A DNA stretch of 32,000 nucleotides from Bellilinea caldifistulae (GTDB lineage Bacteria; Chloroflexota; Anaerolineae; Anaerolineales; Anaerolineaceae): positions 150,001-182,000 of the forward strand of contig NZ_LGHJ01000014.1 of assembly GCF_001306055.1 (NCBI RefSeq), in the 5' to 3' direction. The notes below the pieces were generated by a model. It was not told the origin of the DNA, did not search any database, and worked only from the letters and a program-made list of their open reading frames with translations. The position numbers and the translations under genes are program-made. Positions 23,623-30,067 of the stretch are shown one piece after another. Positions within the stretch are counted from its first letter, which is position 1. Each line of letters opens with the position of its first letter.

Positions 23623-24336
23623 TCATCCTTCCGGGATGAAGCAAAACCCATTTTCGGTGCGGGTGATGATTTGCGGTTTTTGGGGATCTTCTTCCAGTTT
23701 GTTTTGAAGACTGCGAATGGTGTTTTCAACCAGTGCCTGCACGGTACGCTGGGGCAGCACTTCTCCGCCCCAGCCGGCTTCGTAAAGAGTGGCAATGGGC
23801 ACTTCGGAATAAACATTGTCCATCAGGCAGGAGAGCAGGCGGGCTTCGGTGGGGTTAAGGTCAATCAGGATGCCGCCGCGGACGAGCGTGTTGTTCTCCA
23901 AATTCAGCTGATAATGCGAACTCCAGCCGGACGGTTGATCAGTTTCTTGAGGCGGAAGCGTGCGTGCGACCCGGTCAATCCGTTCCAGCAATTTGGACAT
24001 GGCAAATGGTTTGACAATGTAATCATCCGCACCCATGAAGTAACTTTGTTCCATGATTCCGGCGTCCGAAAGGGCGGTAAGCATGATAACTGGGGCCGTA
24101 GAAACCCGCCGGATCGCTTCCAGCACATTCAACCCGTCCACTTCGGGCATCATGATGTCCAGCAGAATAATGTCGAACGTTTCATGTTCCAGCAGGGTCA
24201 GGGCGGCCTGACCGTGACCGGCGGTTTGGATTTTATGACCGGCTTTTTCGATGATCATTGTGACCAATTGCCGGGTGTCGGCGTCATCATCCACCAAAAG
24301 GATTCTCAGTTTACGGCCTGTTTTTGTGCTGGACAT
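23623..24336 (-). CDS. OmpR/PhoB-type response regulator (receiver + winged-helix); no cognate kinase in the window
   Basis: 237 aa with RBS GGGAGGA. Receiver motifs ILLVDDD and DIILLDIMMPEVDG. The C-terminal trans_reg_C-like region has LNPTEARLL...RTVQALVENTIRSLQNKL...GFCFIPE. Confidence 0.88.
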   Translation of the reverse strand: MSSTKTGRKLRILLVDDDADTRQLVTMIIEKAGHKIQTAGHGQAALTLLEHETFDIILLDIMMPEVDGLNVLEAIRRVSTAPVIMLTALSDAGIMEQSYFMGADDYIVKPFAMSKLLERIDRVARTLPPQETDQPSGWSSHYQLNLENNTLVRGGILIDLNPTEARLLSCLMDNVYSEVPIATLYEAGWGGEVLPQRTVQALVENTIRSLQNKLEEDPQKPQIITRTENGFCFIPEG

Positions 24337-24412
24337 GGATAGTTCCTCCCGCTGCGCGAATGACCCGCCTGAATTCTGGCAGCAAAAATTCGCAGATACA
24401 ACCCTATGGGTT

Positions 24413-24441
24413 ATTGTAGATAGGAATCACGAAAATGGCAA
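24413..24441 (-). promoter_or_regulatory. Candidate sigma-70 promoter for the response-regulator operon, TTGCCA-17-TACAAT
   Basis: The reverse complement of 24436-24441 is TTGCCA and of 24413-24418 is TACAAT, with an exact 17-nt spacer. It lies about 70 nt upstream of the ATG at 24336. Confidence 0.6.
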
Positions 24442-24477
24442 GTTTGAAGAGGCCTCATTCCGGCACACGAGCGGGTA

Positions 24478-24486
24478 TGGTAAAAT
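24478..24486 (+). promoter_or_regulatory. Extended -10 promoter TGGTAAAAT placed 7 nt before the C45 start codon (possible leaderless mRNA)
   Basis: TG at 24478-24479 and TAAAAT at 24481-24486. TTCCGTC then precedes ATG 24494, with no Shine-Dalgarno. Confidence 0.45.
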
Positions 24487-24493
24487 TTCCGTC

Positions 24494-25606
24494 ATGAATA
24501 AGCGGGAAGAAAAAATCGAAAAACTCAATGGGGAGCCGCGGTTATTGAAACTGGTGCGGGTAGCCGGATCACACCGCGAGATGGGACGGCAAATTGGTGA
24601 AGAATGCCGCCAGCAAATTCAGCATAGTATCGAAAATGCCCGAAAACTGCTTGCCGATGCTTACGACACGCTTCAACTGGATTGGGATGGCGCTTTGATT
24701 CAGGCGCGCAAATACATGCCGTTTGCCGACGAGCGTTACCCGCAATATGTTGAGGAATTGCGCGGCATGGCCGAAGGCGCGAATGTTGGTCTGGACGATC
24801 TTGGAATGCTGAATGCCATGGAAGCGGTTACGATGGACGCCCTTCACCTCACCAAATGTACCAGCATGGCGGTCAGCCAGGAGCGTACCACCAATGACCG
24901 GGTTTTGATTGCCCATAATGAGGATTGGCTGCCCGAAGACGAGGCCGACGTTTTTCTGATTTACGCCAAACCGGATGATGAGCCTCCGTTTCTGGCAATG
25001 ACCTATGGGGGACTGTTGCCGAATATCGGCTTCAATGCCTATGGAATTGCCCAGTGCTGTGATTCGGTATATCCAACTGACAGCCGGATTGGTATTCCCC
25101 GTATCATCGTCTCGCGAGCCGTACTGGCAGCCCGGACGCCGGGCGAGGCTATTCGACACATGCTGGCACCCCACCGCGCCGCCGGTTACAATCATTTGCT
25201 GGCGCACGAAAGCGGTGAAATTTATTCGGTGGAGGTCTCAGCACGCCAGTTTGCTATTTTAGAGCCTGAAAATGGTGTGATGGTGCATACCAATCATTAT
25301 CTGGATACGCACATGCGAACGATTGAGAGTGAGCCGGATGAATTGATCAGCACACGGGTTCGTTATCTGCGGGCCAAACGTCTGCTGGCGCAGCAGGAAA
25401 AACACACCATTCGCTCCTTGCAGGCCATTCAGAAGGATCATGTCAATCACCCTGATTCGATTTGCAATCATGCGGTGGTGGGAGATCCGCTTGATCGCGA
25501 AAAGACCATCACAGCTCTGACGATTGACCTGACCAACCGGCAAATGCACGCCTGCTGGGGCAATCCGTGCAGCAGTGTATTTTCAACATACCAATTAGAT
25601 GCTTGA
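24494..25606 (+). CDS. Peptidase C45 family protein (acyl-CoA:6-APA acyltransferase-like autoproteolytic Ntn hydrolase)
   Basis: The ORF track starts at 24251, but that extension overlaps the response-regulator gene on the other strand. The ATG at 24494 gives 370 aa, MNKREEKIEKL.... Motifs GSHREMGRQIGE, the putative self-cleavage/nucleophile site HLTKCTSMAV, and LIAHNEDW. Confidence 0.8.
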   Translation: MNKREEKIEKLNGEPRLLKLVRVAGSHREMGRQIGEECRQQIQHSIENARKLLADAYDTLQLDWDGALIQARKYMPFADERYPQYVEELRGMAEGANVGLDDLGMLNAMEAVTMDALHLTKCTSMAVSQERTTNDRVLIAHNEDWLPEDEADVFLIYAKPDDEPPFLAMTYGGLLPNIGFNAYGIAQCCDSVYPTDSRIGIPRIIVSRAVLAARTPGEAIRHMLAPHRAAGYNHLLAHESGEIYSVEVSARQFAILEPENGVMVHTNHYLDTHMRTIESEPDELISTRVRYLRAKRLLAQQEKHTIRSLQAIQKDHVNHPDSICNHAVVGDPLDREKTITALTIDLTNRQMHACWGNPCSSVFSTYQLDA

Positions 25607-25627
25607 GAAAGGCGAAAAGTTTTTACG

Positions 25628-26605
25628 ATGGAAAATCAGAACTTACAATCACCGCGCCGTTCATTACTGGATTACTTAACAATCACAATCCGCGGCTTTT
25701 TGATGGGCACGGCGGATGCTGTGCCGGGGGTTTCCGGCGGCACAGTGGCTCTGTTGGTGGGTATTTATGAGGAATTGATCCAGTCCATCCGTGCGGTGGC
25801 GGATTTGCGTCATTTGCAGCGGGTTTTCCGCCTGCAATTCAAGGCTTTGCTGGACGAGCTGCCGTGGAAATTTCTACTGGCGTTGGTGTTGGGCATCTTT
25901 GCCGGGGCAGTTACGCTGGCGCATTTGCTGGAAAACCTGCTGGAAACTCAGCCGCTGTTTGTCTGGGCGTTCTTTTTTGGCTTGGTTGCGGCCTCGGCGG
26001 TGGTTGTTGCTCGCCGAGTGCGGGTTTGGGGGGGAGCTAACGTTTTGCTGCTGATTGGTGGAGCGGTGATTACCTACCTGGTCGTTGGGCTGGTGCCGAT
26101 GGACACTCCCGACACCTTTCTGGCTTTTTTCCTGAGCGGGATGATTGCCATTTGCGCCATGATTTTACCGGGTATTTCGGGTGCGTTTGTTCTGGTACTG
26201 CTGGGAAAGTATCAGGATGTGCTGGCAGCCGTGACCGGCCTGGATATTCCTCGCTTGATTGTCTTTCTACTGGGAGCAGTGGTGGGAATATCGCTCTTCT
26301 CGCGAGTTTTGGGGTGGTTATTCCGCCGGTTTCATGATGCCACCATTACCCTGATGATCGGTCTGATGCTCGGTTCGCTGCGGAAATTATGGCCATGGAA
26401 AGGTGAATCGGCCGGGGTGGGCGAAATCCTCACTCCGGGAGGTGGTGAATCATTGATCAATGTGCTGCCGGCGTGGAGCGGCGAAACATTGCTGGTCGCG
26501 GTTGTTGCTCTTTTCGGGTTTGGGCTGGTGGTCGGGCTGGAAGGACTGGCGGCTCGCCGCAAAATGATGACGAGAACCATCAGCGTTCCAGCGGCAGGGG
26601 AGTAA
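25628..26605 (+). CDS. DUF368 family membrane protein (family recently linked to undecaprenyl-phosphate translocation, PopT-like)
   Basis: 325 aa and polytopic. It carries the duplicated DUF368 signature: GTADAVPGVSGGTVALLVGIYEEL and AMILPGISGAFVLVLLGKY. Confidence 0.8.
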   Translation: MENQNLQSPRRSLLDYLTITIRGFLMGTADAVPGVSGGTVALLVGIYEELIQSIRAVADLRHLQRVFRLQFKALLDELPWKFLLALVLGIFAGAVTLAHLLENLLETQPLFVWAFFFGLVAASAVVVARRVRVWGGANVLLLIGGAVITYLVVGLVPMDTPDTFLAFFLSGMIAICAMILPGISGAFVLVLLGKYQDVLAAVTGLDIPRLIVFLLGAVVGISLFSRVLGWLFRRFHDATITLMIGLMLGSLRKLWPWKGESAGVGEILTPGGGESLINVLPAWSGETLLVAVVALFGFGLVVGLEGLAARRKMMTRTISVPAAGE

Positions 26606-26611
26606 GTACCA

Positions 26612-27559
26612 ATGAAGAGCCATGCCGGTTTGAGCCGTTCAACGCCTTTTGCGCACACCTATTCGATTGTTGCCCGCGATCCACACAGCGGTGAAATGGG
26701 TGTGGCGGTACAATCGCACTGGTTCTCGGTCGGTTCGATTGTGGCGTGGGGCGAAGCCGGAGTCGGTGTGGTTGCAACCCAGGCGTTGGTACGGGTTTCC
26801 TACGGGCCGCAGGGGTTGACCTTGATGCGGGCGGGCGTGCCGGCGCCGGCTGCCTTACAGGCTTTGCTGTCCGCAGACGATGAACGCGAAGTGCGACAGG
26901 TGGCCATGCTCGATGCGAAGGGGCGGGTGGCGGTGCATACCGGTTCGCGCTGCGTGGCCGAAGCGGGTCATAAATTGGGAGAAGGTTTTTCGGCTCAGGC
27001 GAACATGATGGCCTCTTCCACCGTGTGGGGGGCCATGGCCGAGGCGTACCAGCGCACCGAAGGGGATCTGGCAGAACGACTGATGGCTGCGTTGGAGGCA
27101 GCCCAGGCAGAGGGCGGGGACTTGCGCGGCCAGCAAAGCGCTTGCTTACTGGTGGTAGCCGCTGAGCGCACCGATCAACCATGGGAAGGGGTACGCGTCA
27201 ATTTGCGGGTAGATGATCATCCCCAGCCGCTGGGGGAATTACGCCGTCTATTGACCGTTCATCGTGCTTATGACTGGATGAACCGCGGCGATGCGCTGTT
27301 GGGAATGGGCGATACCCAGGCGGCTATGCAGGCTTACCGCCGCGCGGCGGCTTTGCTACCCGAAAATGAAGAAATTCTCTTCTGGCAGGCGGTTACGCTG
27401 GCTGATTTGGGCCGTCTTGAGGAGGCTTTGCCCGTCTTTCAGGATGTCTTTCGCCGAAATCCGCTGTGGAAGGTGATGGTGAAGCGTCTGCCCCCAGCCG
27501 GTTTAATGCGGAGTGGGCCGGAGGTTATCGAAAAAATCACCGGCAGTACGAACGAGTAA
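26612..27559 (+). CDS. DUF1028 (Ntn-hydrolase-fold) protein with C-terminal TPR repeats
   Basis: 315 aa, starting 6 nt after the DUF368 stop. TYSIVARDPHSGEMGVAVQSHWFSVGSIVAWGEAGVGVVATQA...GGDLRGQQSACLLVV matches the remembered DUF1028 consensus. The C-terminus GDALLGMGDTQAAMQAYRRAAALLPENEEILFWQAVTLADLGRLEEALPVFQDV looks like 2 TPR units. Confidence 0.8.
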   Translation: MKSHAGLSRSTPFAHTYSIVARDPHSGEMGVAVQSHWFSVGSIVAWGEAGVGVVATQALVRVSYGPQGLTLMRAGVPAPAALQALLSADDEREVRQVAMLDAKGRVAVHTGSRCVAEAGHKLGEGFSAQANMMASSTVWGAMAEAYQRTEGDLAERLMAALEAAQAEGGDLRGQQSACLLVVAAERTDQPWEGVRVNLRVDDHPQPLGELRRLLTVHRAYDWMNRGDALLGMGDTQAAMQAYRRAAALLPENEEILFWQAVTLADLGRLEEALPVFQDVFRRNPLWKVMVKRLPPAGLMRSGPEVIEKITGSTNE

Positions 27560-27645
27560 ATGCTTTATTAACGGTCTGGCACAAAAGTTGCAAATTGAAC
27601 GGGAGGGTATAATAATCTCATTGTGCTTGACTCTGTGCTAAAGGC

Positions 27646-30051
27646 TTGCCTGTGTTCGATTTGACCGTTTTCAAGTACAACCGCTTGCAGGGAAAAGAAG
27701 AAAGTGACCTGCCGGGGCTGTTCACCAGCCTGCCGCTCAAACGCACCGCGCGCGGACGCGAAAAAGACCGGTTGGTGATCTTTTTGCAACTGGCTGAACG
27801 GGGGAGTCCGCTTCAAGGCGCACCTGAGGATCTGCTGGAAAAACTTGGTCGGGTATATTTTGCAACCCGCGGCCCGGTCACCAGCGCGATGAAAGCGGTA
27901 GCCGATCAAATAAACGAACGGTTGCTGGCGCGCAATCTTCGGCAGGCAAAAGAAGGCAATCCGCTGCTGGGGTTGTTGATTGTGGCGGTTTTGCATGAGG
28001 AAATGCTTTATCTGGCGCATTGTGGGCCGGTGCACTCGTTTGTGGTCAATGCCCAAACGGTTGAACATTACCATGACCCGCAAGGGGCTGGCCGCGGCCT
28101 GGGAATCAGCCGGACGACCGCTGTTCGGTTTTACCGTTGTGCTTTTCAAGCCGGTGACCTGGCTTTGTTGTGTGTAAAACCTCCGCAAAACTGGTCTCGT
28201 CAAACCCTTCTGGGCAGCGCCCAATTGTCGTTGGATAATTTGCGCCGCCGTCTGTTGGTTCAGCCGGACGAGAATCTCGGTTTCGTGATGCTGCGAACCC
28301 GCAAAGGGACGGGTGAACTTCAAGTTCGTAACCTTCGGGCAGTAGAGCCGGAACCCTCCCCGCTGCTGAGAACGGTGGAATCGGCACCGGAGCACCCGGA
28401 ACAATCCAGCGAAATACCCGCCGTTCAACCTCCTGCCACAGAAAGGCAGCCCCAGGAAAATAAACGTGCGGTGTACCTTGCCGGTGAAAAGGAAAGCGAA
28501 TCTGTTCCTTCAGCCAGCGTGATGCAGCGCCTACGGGACCGGCTGGGGAAAGTGCATGTGGAGATTGCCCGGAAAAAGGTGTCTTCTGGTGCACAGTCTG
28601 CGGAGGGTGTGAGCCGCCAATCGGTTGAAGAGACGCCGCAGCCCATCCCGGTTGAAACCTCTCAGCCAGCGGTTTCTCCTCCCATCAAACAAGTTTCACC
28701 GGCGGTCCGTAAAGCCGGTGGATGGTTGAACCGCGCCCTGCACGGCTGGCAGGCTTTTCATCAGCGCAACGCTGCCGTACTTTCGCGCTGGACGGCTCGA
28801 TTGCTGCCGGGCAAAGCTGAGCGGTTGCCGGCACTTTCAAACGGTGCCATGTTGTTTATTGCGGTGGTCGTGCCGCTGATTGTTGTGGCCATTGCGATGA
28901 CTGCTTACTGGCAGCAAGGACGTGGCGAGCAGCACCGGCTTTTCCTTTCTCAGGCTGAACAGATGCTGGCTCAGGCAGATGCCCAAACCGATGTGCTCAT
29001 GAAGCGGGTCAATTATGAGGCTGCGCTTGGTTATCTGGATCAGGCAGCCGAATTTGGCAATTCCGAACGATTGCGCAGTCTGCGCCGGCAGATCTTGTCG
29101 GCAATGGATCAACTGGATGGGATACGCCGGCTGGAGTTTTCGGCGTTACTCCCAGGCCCCTTCGATAACAAGGTCAACATTACCCGGATCGTTTCGACAC
29201 CCTCGGAGGATTTATACTTACTGGATCAGGCCAGCGGACGGGTGATTCGGCTGGTGTACACCCGTCCAGGTTATGAAGTGGACAGCCGCTTTTTCTGCGG
29301 GCCAAATCTTGTGGGGGGGTTGATCATCGGCCCTCTGGTGGATATTGCCGCTGCGCCCATCCCCAACTCGTTAGATGCGGTGGTGATGGGGATTGATGCG
29401 TTTGGTAATTTGTTGTACTGCTCACTGGATGCCAATAAAACCAGCGCCGTCCCTCTGCGCCCGCCGGACGCCGGCTGGGGTGAACTGCGGGCGATGATCT
29501 ACTCGCCCGGTCTGTTGCACCTGCTCGATCCGCGTTCTAATGCCGTATGGCGGTTTGATGGGCAGGGAGTGGATTTCAGTGACCCGGCAGCAGGACCGCG
29601 CCTTTTCTTCGGTGACTCTCCTCCCGATCTCTCTGCTGCGGTGGATATTGCTATTTACCAGAACGATCTGTACATCCTTCGCGAAGATGGCAGGATGATC
29701 CTGTGTACATATAGCAGTGTCAGTTCCGTCCCAACCCGCTGTAATGATCCTTATCCTTACCGTGTCAGCCGTGCGGGGGAACCCACCGAGGAAGTGGACA
29801 GTCTTGGCGTCAACCTGAGTCAGATTCAAGCTACCCAACCACCTGAACCTTCCTTGTTCGTGTTGAATCCGTCAGCCCCAGCAGTTTTCCAGTTCAGTCT
29901 TGGAATGACTTTTGTACAGGAAATTCGTCCGCTGCAAGAGGCTGCCACACCCCTGCCGGCCCGCCCGGCGACGGCTTTTCGTGTGACGATGGCGCGTAAT
30001 CTGGTGTTGGCTTTTGGAAATCAGTTGTTTATTGCGTCGTTATCCCAGTAA
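27646..30051 (+). CDS. Large single-pass membrane protein: degenerate PP2C-like N-terminal domain, P/E/S/Q-rich linker, TM helix, helical region and about 6 propeller-like repeats
   Basis: 801 aa. TTG start at 27646, or in-frame GTG at 27652 with AAGG upstream. The N-terminal pattern LLGLLIVAVLHEEMLYLAHCGPVHSFVV...GLGISRTTAVRFYRCAFQAGDLALLCVKPP parallels PP2C motifs with the metal-binding Asp residues replaced. TM helix AMLFIAVVVPLIVVAIAMTAYW is encoded at 28846-28911. C-terminal repeats include DLYLLDQASGRVIRL, GNLLYCSLD, LLHLLDPRSNAVWRF, DLYILREDGRMILC, LFVLNPSAPAVFQF and LVLAFGNQLFIA. Coding status is well supported; the domain assignments are tentative. Confidence 0.6.
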   Translation: MPVFDLTVFKYNRLQGKEESDLPGLFTSLPLKRTARGREKDRLVIFLQLAERGSPLQGAPEDLLEKLGRVYFATRGPVTSAMKAVADQINERLLARNLRQAKEGNPLLGLLIVAVLHEEMLYLAHCGPVHSFVVNAQTVEHYHDPQGAGRGLGISRTTAVRFYRCAFQAGDLALLCVKPPQNWSRQTLLGSAQLSLDNLRRRLLVQPDENLGFVMLRTRKGTGELQVRNLRAVEPEPSPLLRTVESAPEHPEQSSEIPAVQPPATERQPQENKRAVYLAGEKESESVPSASVMQRLRDRLGKVHVEIARKKVSSGAQSAEGVSRQSVEETPQPIPVETSQPAVSPPIKQVSPAVRKAGGWLNRALHGWQAFHQRNAAVLSRWTARLLPGKAERLPALSNGAMLFIAVVVPLIVVAIAMTAYWQQGRGEQHRLFLSQAEQMLAQADAQTDVLMKRVNYEAALGYLDQAAEFGNSERLRSLRRQILSAMDQLDGIRRLEFSALLPGPFDNKVNITRIVSTPSEDLYLLDQASGRVIRLVYTRPGYEVDSRFFCGPNLVGGLIIGPLVDIAAAPIPNSLDAVVMGIDAFGNLLYCSLDANKTSAVPLRPPDAGWGELRAMIYSPGLLHLLDPRSNAVWRFDGQGVDFSDPAAGPRLFFGDSPPDLSAAVDIAIYQNDLYILREDGRMILCTYSSVSSVPTRCNDPYPYRVSRAGEPTEEVDSLGVNLSQIQATQPPEPSLFVLNPSAPAVFQFSLGMTFVQEIRPLQEAATPLPARPATAFRVTMARNLVLAFGNQLFIASLSQ

Positions 30052-30067
30052 TCTTTTTTTTGGGCGG

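Noticed and set aside
23596-24342. 248-aa plus-strand ORF that mirrors the response-regulator gene almost exactly
   Set aside because: It lies antisense to a CDS with clear receiver and winged-helix motifs. Its own translation is Gly/Arg/His/Phe-rich with no recognisable motif and no RBS. This is typical shadow-ORF behaviour in GC-rich coding DNA.
24251-24493. N-terminal extension of the C45 ORF given in the ORF track
   Set aside because: It would overlap the response-regulator coding region (23623-24336) and the intergenic promoter region. It adds no recognisable domain, and a sensible start with a promoter exists at 24494.
27588-27613. TTGCAA ... TATAAT upstream of the 801-aa gene as a sigma-70 promoter
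   Set aside because: The spacer is only 14 nt, too short for a functional -35/-10 pair. The TATAAT alone (27608-27613) may still act as a -10 box, but I did not list it as a feature.
27568-28428. 286-aa minus-strand ORF overlapping the 5' part of the 801-aa gene
   Set aside because: The translation is Arg/Gln/Pro-rich and low in complexity, with no start context. It lies antisense to a gene whose frame stays open for 2.4 kb. I judged it a shadow ORF.
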